From Myxococcota bacterium (GTDB lineage Bacteria; Myxococcota; JACRCW01), in contig JBFMGU010000064.1 of the NCBI GenBank assembly GCA_040752415.1, positions 1-45,054 of the forward strand: a DNA stretch of 45,054 bases, read 5' to 3'. Numbering within the stretch: position 1 is the stretch's first letter; each line of letters opens with the position of its first letter. The notes under the pieces were generated by a model that saw only the letters and a list, made by a program, of their open reading frames with translations, was not told the DNA's origin and did no database searches. This document shows, one piece after another, positions 18,830 through 29,069 of this stretch. The translations under genes and the position numbers were made by a program.

Positions 18830-19047
18830 GCAGGCGCAAAATCCCGGAAGCACGGGAAGCCGTCATGCGCGGGTTCCGTCGTTCACTCACGCGAACCGCC
18901 TGCAAACCAACGTCCCGACGGTGATAATCCCTGGGCGACGCGGTTCCCCTCCCGCGCGCCCATCCCCCATCATCGCGATCATGCCGTGACGTCGTGACCG
19001 AGCTGCACGGCGCGGTCGAGGTGCGCTTCCTGTTCCGGAGATCCGGC

Positions 19048-21774
19048 ATGCCCCGGCCCCTGGTGCTCCTGCTCCTCGTGTTCCTTCTTCTTCCCGCGCG
19101 CCTCTTCGCCCAGGCGCCTGCGAAGCCCGACTTCAGCGTCCCGCACGGTTTCCATGACGCACCGTTCTCCGTCGAGATCACGTCGGAAACGCCGGGCGCG
19201 GCAATCCGCTACACGCTGGATGGCTCCACTCCCTCGTCGACACACGGCGAGCTCTATACGCAGCCCCTGCAGATCCAGAGCACCACGGTCCTGCGCGCCG
19301 TGGCCATCCTTCCCGAGCGACCCGACTCCCGCACCGCCACAGCGACGTACATCTTTCCGCAATCCGTGATCCGCCAGGACAACGCTCCTCCGGGACACCC
19401 GGCACTCTTCGCCGCCACCGACGAGCTGGGCCCTTATCCCGCGGATTACGAGATGGACCCGGAGGTCGTGAACGACCCGCGTTTTGGCGACGAGATCATT
19501 CCCGCGCTCTCCGCCATTCCCACCATTTCCCTCGTCACGGACCTGCCCAACCTCTGGGACCCGTCGACGGGCATCTACTACAACCCGCTGCAGTCCGGTC
19601 CGGAGTGGGAACGCCCCACGTCGATGGAGCTGGTGCTTCCCGACGGAGACGGCTTCCAGGTGAACGCCGCGTTGCGCATCCACGGGAACGCTTCTCGTCG
19701 ACCATACATCGATCCCAAGAAGGCCTTCCGCGTGTACTTCCGCTCCGAGCTGGGGCCAGGGAAGCTGCGCTGGGATCTCTTCCCCGGACAGAGCGCGGAG
19801 CTCAGTCAGGACGTGCTGGTGCTGCGCGGCTACTGCAACAACTCGTGGGTGCACTGGAGCGGCCAGCAACGTCCGGCGGCGCTTTACATGAACGACCAGC
19901 TCGCACGGGACATCCACCTCGCCATGGGGCACGTGAGCTCGCACGGTGTGTTCGTGCACGTCTACCTGAACGGTCTGTACTGGGGCGTCTACAACGCCGT
20001 GGAGCGTCTCGAGGACGAGTTCATGGCGGACTACCTGGGTGGCGCACCAGAAGACTGGGACGTGATCACCATGGACGACGCCATCCTGGAAGCACGCGAC
20101 GGCACGGTGGATGGATTCGTGGAGGTGGTGGCACTGGCCAATGCCGGTCTCGCCGACGACGCGTCGTACCAGGCCTTCCATGAGCGTGTCGACGTGGTGA
20201 GCCTGGCGGACTACATCATCCTCACGCACTACGTGGAGAACCGCGACTGGCCCATCCGCAACTGGGTTGCCGCTGCTCGACGTGGCCACAAGTTCCTCTT
20301 CTTCCCGTGGGACAATGACTACACGCTGAAGAAGGAGGACCGGAATCTCGTCGACGTGGACCTGGACAACACGCCCGCGCGGCTCTTCCAGAAGGCGCGA
20401 GAGAGCTCGGAATTCCGCATGCTCTTCGCGGACCGGCTGTACCGACATCTCTTCCACGACGGCGCGTTGAGCGAGAACAATGTCCAGGCGCTGTTCCGCA
20501 AGCTCACCGACGAGGTGTACCTGCCCGTCGTGGCCGAGTCTGCGCGGTGGGGTGACTACACGCGTGACGTCTACCACCGGCCCGACATGGATGATCAGGG
20601 TCCCTACGAGTTGTACACGCGCGACGATCACTGGGTGGTCAAGCGTGACGCGCTGCTCAGCGAGTTCTTCCCCAACCGGGGGCGCATCATCCTCGAGCAG
20701 TACCGCGCCGTGGGGCTGTACCCGACGGTGGAGCCGCCGACGTTCAGCGCGGAGGGTGGGGAGGTGGAGCGGGGCCTCGTCGTCCACGTCGACAACAGTG
20801 CGAACGGGAACGTGGGAGAGATCCACTACACGGTCGACGGCACGGACCCGCGTCTTCCCGGCGGCGCGATCTCGGCGACGGCGGTGAATGCACAGGGCGG
20901 GACGGCGATCACCGTGGATGGCGTCGTACTGTTGCGCGCCCGCGTCCTGCAGGGGACGACGTGGAGCGCGTTGCACGAGGCGCTGTTTGTTCCAATGCAG
21001 GATGACTACAACCTCGTCATCAACGAAATCATGTACCGGCCGGCGGGGACGGGCTTCACGGGGAATGAAGGGCCGGAGTTCGTGGAGTTGGTCAATCGCG
21101 GGAACACCGCGCTGACGTTGGCGGGCATGCACTTCTTCCGTGGTCTGCGGTACCGGTTCCCCCACGACGCCACGCTGGGGCCGGGCGAGTTCCTGGTCCT
21201 CGCCGCCGATGCGGATGCGTTCCAGGCGCGGTACGGGTTTGCGCCGTTCGGCGTCTATGAGGGGAAGCTCAACAACGCGCAGGATGAGCTGCAGCTCCGT
21301 AACGTCGCGGGCCGGGTTGTGGACGTGGTGCGGTACCACGCAGAGACGCCGTGGCCGGAGCGCGCCGACGGATTCGGTCCATCGTTGGAGCTGGTGCAGG
21401 CCGGGCTGGACAACGCGCTGCCGGAGAGCTGGGCGGATTCACTCGTGAATGGCGGGACGCCGGGTGCGGAGAACTCCACGAAGGGCGATGGGGCGGTTTC
21501 GTCGTCGTCGAGCAGCGGAGGGGCGGGCGTTGGGGCGTCGTCTTCGTCGGGCGGGGTGGCGAGCTCCAGTGCATCTTCGTCGTCATCCGGAAACGGCGCG
21601 GCGAGCTCTTCGTCGAGCACGGGTGGGAGCGCGTCCGTTCCGGCGCGAAGTGGGAAGGTCCGGAATCAGGCGGCGTGTGGTTGTGCCTCGTCGGGAAAGG
21701 AACAGTGGTCCTCGTGGGGGCTCGTGGTCCTGGGCGTCTGCGTGTGGCGGTACACAAGAAGACATCAGCGCTGA
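19048..21774 (+). CDS. Secreted CotH-family kinase with FN3-associated and lamin-tail domains, Ser-rich stalk and MYXO-CTERM-like tail (paralog 1)
   Basis: GGAG RBS, signal peptide; IRYTLDGSTP; RIHGNASR..KKAFR; LNGLYWGVY; NRDWPIRNW; PWDND; LVINEIMY..EFVELVN; CGCASS-TM-RRHQR. Confidence 0.85.
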   Translation: MPRPLVLLLLVFLLLPARLFAQAPAKPDFSVPHGFHDAPFSVEITSETPGAAIRYTLDGSTPSSTHGELYTQPLQIQSTTVLRAVAILPERPDSRTATATYIFPQSVIRQDNAPPGHPALFAATDELGPYPADYEMDPEVVNDPRFGDEIIPALSAIPTISLVTDLPNLWDPSTGIYYNPLQSGPEWERPTSMELVLPDGDGFQVNAALRIHGNASRRPYIDPKKAFRVYFRSELGPGKLRWDLFPGQSAELSQDVLVLRGYCNNSWVHWSGQQRPAALYMNDQLARDIHLAMGHVSSHGVFVHVYLNGLYWGVYNAVERLEDEFMADYLGGAPEDWDVITMDDAILEARDGTVDGFVEVVALANAGLADDASYQAFHERVDVVSLADYIILTHYVENRDWPIRNWVAAARRGHKFLFFPWDNDYTLKKEDRNLVDVDLDNTPARLFQKARESSEFRMLFADRLYRHLFHDGALSENNVQALFRKLTDEVYLPVVAESARWGDYTRDVYHRPDMDDQGPYELYTRDDHWVVKRDALLSEFFPNRGRIILEQYRAVGLYPTVEPPTFSAEGGEVERGLVVHVDNSANGNVGEIHYTVDGTDPRLPGGAISATAVNAQGGTAITVDGVVLLRARVLQGTTWSALHEALFVPMQDDYNLVINEIMYRPAGTGFTGNEGPEFVELVNRGNTALTLAGMHFFRGLRYRFPHDATLGPGEFLVLAADADAFQARYGFAPFGVYEGKLNNAQDELQLRNVAGRVVDVVRYHAETPWPERADGFGPSLELVQAGLDNALPESWADSLVNGGTPGAENSTKGDGAVSSSSSSGGAGVGASSSSGGVASSSASSSSSGNGAASSSSSTGGSASVPARSGKVRNQAACGCASSGKEQWSSWGLVVLGVCVWRYTRRHQR

Positions 21775-21905
21775 ATCCGGGTCGTGGCGAAGTCGATTCG
21801 GTGACCGTGATGGGTCGGCTCTGTGGCCGCTCCGTGTCGCGCCGTTACGTTGCGACGTTGCGCGCGAAGACTCCGCTCGTGAGGGGGCATGCCATAGGGG
21901 TTGCC

Positions 21906-24902
21906 ATGATCCGGCGGGCCATCACGACGACATTCCTCCTGCTGGGGAGCGCATCCGTGCTCTTCGCAGCAACGGCGACACCGGATGATCCCCTTCCGCC
22001 GCCATCCTTCAGCGTGCAGCGCGGGTTCTATGACGCGTCATTCGACGTTGTGCTCACCACGCGCGAGCCCGGCGCCCTCATCCGTTACACCACCGACGGT
22101 TCCGAGCCCGACGACGATCACGGCGAGATCTACAAGGACCCCATCCCCATCACGACCACCACACCCCTGCGCGCGCTGACCGTGACGCGGGATGCCGTGT
22201 CGCCGGTGGTCACGCACACGTACATCTTCCTGGCCCACGTGGTCCGCCAGCCCGACGATCCCGAGGGATACCCCGACGAGTTCGCCGACGACGACGGAGA
22301 CGGCCCGTATCCGGCGGACTACGAGATGGACCCCGACGTGGTGGAGGACCGTGAGTACGTTGACGCTTTTCCCGGCGCGCTGCGGGGCATCCCCACGGTC
22401 TCCGTCGTCACGGACATCGACAACCTCTTCGACGAGGACAAAGGCATCTATTACAACGCGTCGGAGAAGGGCGATGACTGGGAACGGCCCATCTCCGTCG
22501 AGTGGCTGGACCCCGCCCGGAATGAGTCCTTTGGTCTGAACGCGGGGGCGCGCATCCACGGACAGGGAAGCCGCCAGCCCTACCGCTCACCCAAGAAGTC
22601 CCTGCGTCTCTACTTCCGTTCGGAGTACGGCGAATCGAAGTTGGACTTTCCAGTGTTCTCGACGAGCAGCCCCACGCTCGCCAACCGGGATGCCGCGCGC
22701 AAGTTCGATCTCCTGCTGCTGCGCAACGGTGGAAACCGCTCCTGGCCCTACTTCTCCAGCGACCAACGCGCCGACGCGGACTACGTGAACGACGAGTTCG
22801 CCCGCATTGCCTTCCGTGACATGGGCCACCTGGCGCCGCATGGCGGAGTCTACGTCCACCTCTACCTGAACGGCCTCTACTGGGGCCTGTACGACCTGAC
22901 GGAGCGCGTCGACGGAGAATTCCTCACCGCCTACTTCGGCGGCGTGGAAGAGGACTATGATCTCATTCTTCCCGACGAGGACGCGGAGCCCTCATACTCG
23001 CCGAGCGCCGCGCTGGGGGACATGGACGCGTGGGAGGACCTCCACGAGTTGGTGGACCACGGCTCCCTCCATGACGACGTCTACGACGAGGTCCTGCAAC
23101 GCGTGGATGTGGTGAACCTGGCGGACTACATCATCCTCACGCACTACGTTGCCAACACGGACTGGCCCAAGCACAACTGGTACGCCTACCGCCTCCGCAG
23201 CGGCGTAGACACGCGCTTCCGCTTCATTCCGTGGGACAACGACACCTCGCTGCGGAGCTACGACGCGGACATCACCGACCTGGACGAACCCGGCTCACCC
23301 GCACGCCTGTTCTTCCAGCTCATGTCGCATCCGTCATTCCGGGCCGTGGTGAACGAGCGGGTGGCCATTCACACCTCCGGCACGGGCGCGTTGACGTCGG
23401 AAAGATGCGACGCGCGCTACCGGGCGCTCACGTCGCTGGTGGACCAGGCGGTGATTGCGGAGTCCGCGCGCTGGGGCGACTACTCCCGCGATGTCTACTA
23501 CATGAGGTCCCGCGCTGATCAGGCGTTGCCGGCGTACCTCTACACGCGCAATGACTTCTGGATCCCCGTGCGGGACGAGAAGCTCGACGAGTACTGCCCC
23601 CGACGTACCCGGGAGTTGCTCGAGCAATATGAAGACCACGGCTGGTACACCGCTGGCCTCCTCGCGCCGTCGTTCTCTCACGTGGGAGGTGCGGTGCCTG
23701 GCGGCACGGCGGTGGAGCTCCGGAACCCCAATGACGACGGAGAGCTGGTCTACACCACGGATGGCACCGACCCGCGGGATGCGTCCGGAGGCGTGGCAGT
23801 GGGCGCCTTGATGGGTGACGAGGAGGAATCCATCACCGTTCACCAGATCACCACTTTGTCCGCGCGCGTTCGTGACGACGACAGGTGGAGCCCGATGGCT
23901 CGCGCCACGTACTACCCGCCGCAGGATGATTCGCAGGTGGTGATCAACGAGATCCACTTCGCGCCCGTCGCGGGACCCGGCGGTGACGCGCGCGCGCTGG
24001 AGTTCATTGAGCTGCACAACAAGGGGCCGCGTACGTACCATCTCGACGAGGCGTTCTTCACGCGCGGCATTTCCTACACATTTCCTTCCGGCACCGCGCT
24101 CCCCGCCCAGGGCTTCCTGGTCCTGGCCAGCGACGCAGCGTCGTTCCAGGGCGCCTTCGGCTTCGCACCCGACGGCGTCTTCGGCGGGCAGCTCTCCAAC
24201 GAAGGTGAGACCGTGGAGTTGGTGAACGTGGCTGGGGACCTGATTGACCGTGTGACGTACGGGAGCATCCCTCCGTGGCCAGGTAGTGCCGCGGGAGCGG
24301 GGGCGTCGCTGGAGCTCAGGGACCCGGAGCTGGATACGTCGGTGCCGTCGAGCTGGCAGTCGTCGTTTGTCATGGGTGGAACACCCGGCGCGCCGAATTC
24401 CACGCGTGTGGTGACTGGTTCCTCATCGTCCAGCTCGGCGAGCAGTACCTCCGCCGCCTCCTTGTCCTGCTCCTGCTCGTCCTTCTCCAGCTCGGCGAGC
24501 GGTGTCCTGACGTCGTCATCATCGTCGTCGCAATCCGCGACCTCCGCGGCTTCCACTTCCGCGGCCAGCTCGTCCAGCTCTGCCTCGGTGATCTCGTCGT
24601 CATCCGCGGGTTCGTCGTCGGGGGCGCTGTCTCTGTGGGCGAGCTCGAGCACCGCGTGCGTGTCCTCCTCGAGTGGCACAGCGCGGGAGGATGTGTCCCT
24701 CTCCGGTTCCTCACACCAGGCCAGCACGGGTGGCGGAGGTGGAGATGACGGCGTGGGGACCGGGGGGTCGCGTGAGAACCCGGCTTCCCGGAGCTGCGGT
24801 TGCGCGGCGGGTGATGCACCGTCGTGGGTGATGCTGCTGGGTGCCCTGGTCCTGTTGCGCCGCAGGTCCGCGCGTCACATGACGGACGCGTCCGCGATGT
24901 GA
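21906..24902 (+). CDS. Secreted CotH-family kinase, same architecture (paralog 2)
   Basis: Signal peptide MIRRAITTTFLLLG; IRYTTDGSEP; KKSLRLYF; LNGLYWGLY; NTDWPKHNW; PWDND; VVINEIHF; longest poly-Ser stalk; SCGCAAG-TM-RRR. Confidence 0.85.
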   Translation: MIRRAITTTFLLLGSASVLFAATATPDDPLPPPSFSVQRGFYDASFDVVLTTREPGALIRYTTDGSEPDDDHGEIYKDPIPITTTTPLRALTVTRDAVSPVVTHTYIFLAHVVRQPDDPEGYPDEFADDDGDGPYPADYEMDPDVVEDREYVDAFPGALRGIPTVSVVTDIDNLFDEDKGIYYNASEKGDDWERPISVEWLDPARNESFGLNAGARIHGQGSRQPYRSPKKSLRLYFRSEYGESKLDFPVFSTSSPTLANRDAARKFDLLLLRNGGNRSWPYFSSDQRADADYVNDEFARIAFRDMGHLAPHGGVYVHLYLNGLYWGLYDLTERVDGEFLTAYFGGVEEDYDLILPDEDAEPSYSPSAALGDMDAWEDLHELVDHGSLHDDVYDEVLQRVDVVNLADYIILTHYVANTDWPKHNWYAYRLRSGVDTRFRFIPWDNDTSLRSYDADITDLDEPGSPARLFFQLMSHPSFRAVVNERVAIHTSGTGALTSERCDARYRALTSLVDQAVIAESARWGDYSRDVYYMRSRADQALPAYLYTRNDFWIPVRDEKLDEYCPRRTRELLEQYEDHGWYTAGLLAPSFSHVGGAVPGGTAVELRNPNDDGELVYTTDGTDPRDASGGVAVGALMGDEEESITVHQITTLSARVRDDDRWSPMARATYYPPQDDSQVVINEIHFAPVAGPGGDARALEFIELHNKGPRTYHLDEAFFTRGISYTFPSGTALPAQGFLVLASDAASFQGAFGFAPDGVFGGQLSNEGETVELVNVAGDLIDRVTYGSIPPWPGSAAGAGASLELRDPELDTSVPSSWQSSFVMGGTPGAPNSTRVVTGSSSSSSASSTSAASLSCSCSSFSSSASGVLTSSSSSSQSATSAASTSAASSSSSASVISSSSAGSSSGALSLWASSSTACVSSSSGTAREDVSLSGSSHQASTGGGGGDDGVGTGGSRENPASRSCGCAAGDAPSWVMLLGALVLLRRRSARHMTDASAM

Positions 24903-25125
24903 TGACGGGTTCCGCCGCCACCGGCGATGTGCCCGATCACGCGGTCACCGTTAAGATTGGACCCATCCGGGCTGCCGCGGGTCTCTCGGTGACGACGGAA
25001 ACACGTTGTCTCCCGCAAGCCCCCTTCATTCATGACCGCCGGGCACGTCCCAGTTGCGTGAGTCCCACGCCTGCACGGACGCGTCCGGCGCCGCCTCATC
25101 CACCACACGCGGACGGAGGGGTTTC

Positions 25126-28011
25126 GTGCGTCCCCACATGATCAACCATCGTTCACGTTTGTCCTCGTCGCGCGAACCGCCCCGCCACGCGCTCTCCTTC
25201 ACGCTGGCTCTCCTCGTCACGCTGAGCTCGTCGGATGCGTGGGCTGCCAGGACGGAAGCGCCGGAGTTCAGCGTCCCGCGTGGCTTCTATTCCGAGCCGT
25301 TCCAGGTCCAGGTCAGCAGCGCCACGCCCGACGCCACCATCCGCTACACCATCGACGGCTCGACGCCTTCCGGTGTCAACGGCCTCGTGTACACCGGACC
25401 CATCAGCGTGAGCGCCACCACGGTGATCCGCGCGCTGGCCACTTCGGCGGGACTGACGGACAGCAAGGTGGTGACGCACACCTACGTGTTCCCGGCGTCC
25501 GTGGTGCGGCAGCCCAACACGCTTCCCGGGTGGCCCACGGAATTCGCCCCCACCGACGAGGACGGTCCCTATCCCGCGGACTACGAGATGGACCCGGACA
25601 TCGTGGATGACCCGCTCTACAGCACCTCCGTGTTGGAAGCGCTCACGGACATCGCCACGCTTTCCCTCGTCACGGACCTGCCCAACCTGTGGGATCCGGC
25701 GCTTGGCATCTACACGAATGCGGGCCAGGAGGGTGAAGCCTGGGAGCGGTTCGCGTCGGTGGAGCTGCTGAATCCGGACGGGACCGAGGGGTTCGGCTCC
25801 AATGGCGGCCTGCGCATCGCGGGGAACGGAAACCGTCGTCCCAAGATTGTGCCCAAGAAGTCCTTCCGCGTGACGTTCCGCGACGAGCTTGGCCCCAAGA
25901 AGCTCCGTTACCCGCTCTTCCCAGACAAGGATGCGGTGGAGGACTTTGACGACTTCCAGCTGCGTGGCGGCTCCAACAACAGCTGGCCGCACTGGGAGGC
26001 CCGGCAGCGCGCGGCGGCGCTCTACATGCGCGATCAATTCGTCCTGGATTCGCTGCGGGACATGGGCCACGTCTCACCGCACGGCCGCTTCGTCCACGTG
26101 TATCTCAACGGTGTCTACTGGGGCCTCTACACACTCAATGAGCGACTCACCGACGTGTTCATGGGCGCGTACTTTGGCGGCCCCAAGCTGGACTGGGACG
26201 TGATCACCATGGAGGACACGCTGCTGACAGTCCGCGACGGGATGCTGGACGAGTACCTGCGCCTCATGCAGCTGGCCAACGCCGGCGTGGCCACCGACGA
26301 CGCCTACCGCGCCGTGACGGAGATGCTCGATGTGGTGAACCTGGCTGACTACATGATCCTCATGCACTACGTGGGGAACACGGACTGGCCGGGGCGTAAC
26401 TGGGTGGCGGCGCGTCGTCGGTTGGTGGGCGAGAAGTTCCGGTTCTTCGCCTGGGACTCCGAGCTGATCCTCGAGGAGCCCACGCGCAACCTGGTGACCG
26501 TGGACCTGGACAACACGCCTGCGCGGTTGTTGCACAAGCTGAAGGAGAACCCGGAATTCCGGCTGCTCTTCGCGGACCGTGTGTACCGCCACCTGTTCAA
26601 CACCGGCGCGCTGGCTCCCTCCCAGGCGGATGCGCGCTTCCAGCGGCTGACGTCGGCGGTGGAGGAGAGTGTGGTGGCGGAGTCGGCGCGTTGGGGCGAC
26701 TACGTGCGTGACGTGTATCGCTGGCCCGGCGCCGGGGATCAGACCCCGTACGACCTCTACACGCGCGACGTGCACTGGAAGTCGGAGCGCGAGCGCCTGG
26801 TGCGCGACTACTTCCCACACCGCGCGGAAACCCTGATGCAGCAATACCGCGACGCCGGCCTCTTCCCGACGATCAATCCCCCCTCGTTCAGCCACGAGGG
26901 CGGATGGGTGGACGCTGGCCTGGCGCTCGCCGTCGACAACTCTGCCAACGGTGGCGACGGAGACATCTTCTTCACCACGGACGGCACCGACCCGCGTCTG
27001 CCCGGCGGTGCCACCTCTCCCGGCGCGGTGAACGGCGGCGACGGTGTGACGGTCCCCATCCACGACGTCACGCACGTGAAGGCTCGCGTGTTGCGTGGCG
27101 GGGAGTGGAGCGCGCTGCATGAGGCGGTCTTCGTCACGCCGCAGGATTACTCCGGCCTGGTGATCAACGAGATCATGTTCAACCCGCCGTCGCAGATCTT
27201 CTCCCTCAGCGACGACCTCGAGTTCATCGAGCTGAAGAACGGCGGGGGCGCATCCATCTCGTTGGCGGGAGTGCGACTGACCTCCGGCACCACGCATGTC
27301 TTCTCACCGCAGACCCGCCTTGAGCCCGGTGGGTTCGTGGTGGTGGCGGGGCGCGCAGCGGACTTCGAGGCGGTCTACGGCTTTGCTCCCGACGGAGTCT
27401 TCGAGGGACAGCTCAGCAATTTCGAGGAGCTGGTGGAGCTGCAGGACGTGCGCGGCAACGTGATTGACGCCGTTCGCTACTCCGCGCGTCTCCCCTGGCC
27501 TGACGCCCCCGACGGACTGGGGCCCTCCCTGGAGCTGACCAATCCCCTGCGCGACAACTCGCTGGCGTCGAGCTGGCAGGCCTCCATTCCGCTGGGCGGC
27601 ACGCCGCGCGCGGAGAACTCCACCTATGTCGAGGTTCCGAGCGGGTCGGTGTCCAGCTCGTCGTCGTCGGGGGCCGCAACCAGCGCAAGCTCATCCACCG
27701 GCGGCGTCGGAGGCACCACCGGCTCCTCCACCAGCAGCAGCACGGGCGGCACGCCGGGGAATGCGTCCACGTCGGGCAGTGGCACCGGCAGCGCGACGTC
27801 CACGACGGGCGGAGAAGGGAACAGCGCCAGCACAGGCACCGGCTCCGCCGCGACGGGGTCGAGTGGCGGCAGCGGAGGCGGCACAAGCGGCAGCACGGGT
27901 GGCGGCGGCAATGGTCCTTCCTGTGCGTGCGCAAGCGGCGGCGCAATGGACGTTCCCAGCGCGTTGCTGTTCTGCGGCGTCCTCCTGTTCCTCCGACGCG
28001 GACGCCGCTGA
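25126..28011 (+). CDS. Secreted CotH-family kinase, same architecture (paralog 3)
   Basis: GGAGG before GTG 25126 (ATG 25138 is an alternative); signal ending AWA; KKSFRVTF; NTDWPGRNW; AWDSE; LVINEIMF; Ser/Gly/Thr stalk; SCACASGG-TM-RRGRR. Confidence 0.85.
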   Translation: MRPHMINHRSRLSSSREPPRHALSFTLALLVTLSSSDAWAARTEAPEFSVPRGFYSEPFQVQVSSATPDATIRYTIDGSTPSGVNGLVYTGPISVSATTVIRALATSAGLTDSKVVTHTYVFPASVVRQPNTLPGWPTEFAPTDEDGPYPADYEMDPDIVDDPLYSTSVLEALTDIATLSLVTDLPNLWDPALGIYTNAGQEGEAWERFASVELLNPDGTEGFGSNGGLRIAGNGNRRPKIVPKKSFRVTFRDELGPKKLRYPLFPDKDAVEDFDDFQLRGGSNNSWPHWEARQRAAALYMRDQFVLDSLRDMGHVSPHGRFVHVYLNGVYWGLYTLNERLTDVFMGAYFGGPKLDWDVITMEDTLLTVRDGMLDEYLRLMQLANAGVATDDAYRAVTEMLDVVNLADYMILMHYVGNTDWPGRNWVAARRRLVGEKFRFFAWDSELILEEPTRNLVTVDLDNTPARLLHKLKENPEFRLLFADRVYRHLFNTGALAPSQADARFQRLTSAVEESVVAESARWGDYVRDVYRWPGAGDQTPYDLYTRDVHWKSERERLVRDYFPHRAETLMQQYRDAGLFPTINPPSFSHEGGWVDAGLALAVDNSANGGDGDIFFTTDGTDPRLPGGATSPGAVNGGDGVTVPIHDVTHVKARVLRGGEWSALHEAVFVTPQDYSGLVINEIMFNPPSQIFSLSDDLEFIELKNGGGASISLAGVRLTSGTTHVFSPQTRLEPGGFVVVAGRAADFEAVYGFAPDGVFEGQLSNFEELVELQDVRGNVIDAVRYSARLPWPDAPDGLGPSLELTNPLRDNSLASSWQASIPLGGTPRAENSTYVEVPSGSVSSSSSSGAATSASSSTGGVGGTTGSSTSSSTGGTPGNASTSGSGTGSATSTTGGEGNSASTGTGSAATGSSGGSGGGTSGSTGGGGNGPSCACASGGAMDVPSALLFCGVLLFLRRGRR

Positions 28012-28074
28012 CACCCGCCCACCGACGTGGTCACCGCCTTGCGACCCACGCCGGGCGTTGGCTAGAAAACGTCC

Positions 28075-28542
28075 ATGCGCAACCGGATGCGAATGGGCGG
28101 CGTGGTCCTCTGTCTGGGACTCCTGGGCTGTGATCTCCTCCCGGGCTTCTTCGGCAACCAGCTCAGCGGAAGCATCGCCTCGGCGGAGGACCTGCAGTTT
28201 GACGAGGTGGACGCGCGCAAGTTCCCCAGCGGCGAGATCCAGATCCGCTACAAGCGCAACCGCAATGGGAACAACGAGATCGTGGCGCAGGTCAGCGTGC
28301 TCCCGCCGGCGGAAGGCATCCGCTACGGACAGGACATCGACCTTCCGTCGAACCGCGGCGCGGTGAATCGCGTGGTGCAGTCCGCCGCCGACTTCCCGCC
28401 GCTCAAGTCCGGTTCCATCCGCTTTGACAGCGGCGCGGTGAACTCGGGCGACGCCACGCGTGGGCGCTTCAACGCCACGTTCGAGAACGACAAGACCCTG
28501 AACGGGACCTTCGACGCCCAGCTCGAGGTGGTGGGGTTCTGA
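28075..28542 (+). CDS. Hypothetical lipoprotein
   Basis: Lipobox LLGC; beta-rich ending GDATRGRFNATFENDKTLNGTFDAQL. Confidence 0.7.
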   Translation: MRNRMRMGGVVLCLGLLGCDLLPGFFGNQLSGSIASAEDLQFDEVDARKFPSGEIQIRYKRNRNGNNEIVAQVSVLPPAEGIRYGQDIDLPSNRGAVNRVVQSAADFPPLKSGSIRFDSGAVNSGDATRGRFNATFENDKTLNGTFDAQLEVVGF

Positions 28543-28547
28543 GGGCC

Positions 28548-29069
28548 TCAGAAGCCGGGCAGCTCCGGCTCGGGAGCAACCTCTTCGTTCGACTCCTGGC
28601 CGCGCTCCTCGGGCGTGGTGATTTCCACCTTGAGATAGAATTCACCCTGCGCGTCCATGCGCATCTCCACGAGGTGGTCGCCGGCCTCGTAGACGGTCTG
28701 CGTGACTTCCCACTGCTTGTCCTGGCCCACCTCGTTGAACATCTTCTCGCCGGTGGTTTCCACGCGGTGCGGCTCGCTGCAGCCGGGCTCCCAGAACGTG
28801 AACTCCACGTCGCGTCCGGGGGAGACCTGCTTCTTCCAGTAGAGCGCCAGCGTGATGTCCGCTTCTCCCTCGGTGTTCACCACAAACCGACGGAAGCCCG
28901 GCACGCTGAGGTCCACGTAGTTCTCGTCCTCACCCAGGCGGCAGCTCGCCGTGGTGGAGCAGACGGGCACGGAGCCGTCGCAGGTGTCCAGCTTGTTGCT
29001 GCCCAGGAACTGCTCCTCCGCGCTGAGCGCGCACGAGGAGAGGATGATGAGCGGCAGGAGTCGCTTCAT
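28548..29069 (-). CDS. Hypothetical lipoprotein
   Basis: Start MKRLLPLIILSSC at ATG 29069 overlapping the upstream stop (ATGA); several Cys. Confidence 0.7.
   Translation of the reverse strand: MKRLLPLIILSSCALSAEEQFLGSNKLDTCDGSVPVCSTTASCRLGEDENYVDLSVPGFRRFVVNTEGEADITLALYWKKQVSPGRDVEFTFWEPGCSEPHRVETTGEKMFNEVGQDKQWEVTQTVYEAGDHLVEMRMDAQGEFYLKVEITTPEERGQESNEEVAPEPELPGF

Noticed and set aside
21799..24950. Shared cggtgaccg-like motif upstream of kinase paralogs 2 and 3
   Set aside because: Short, GC-rich and in opposite orientations; compatible with chance
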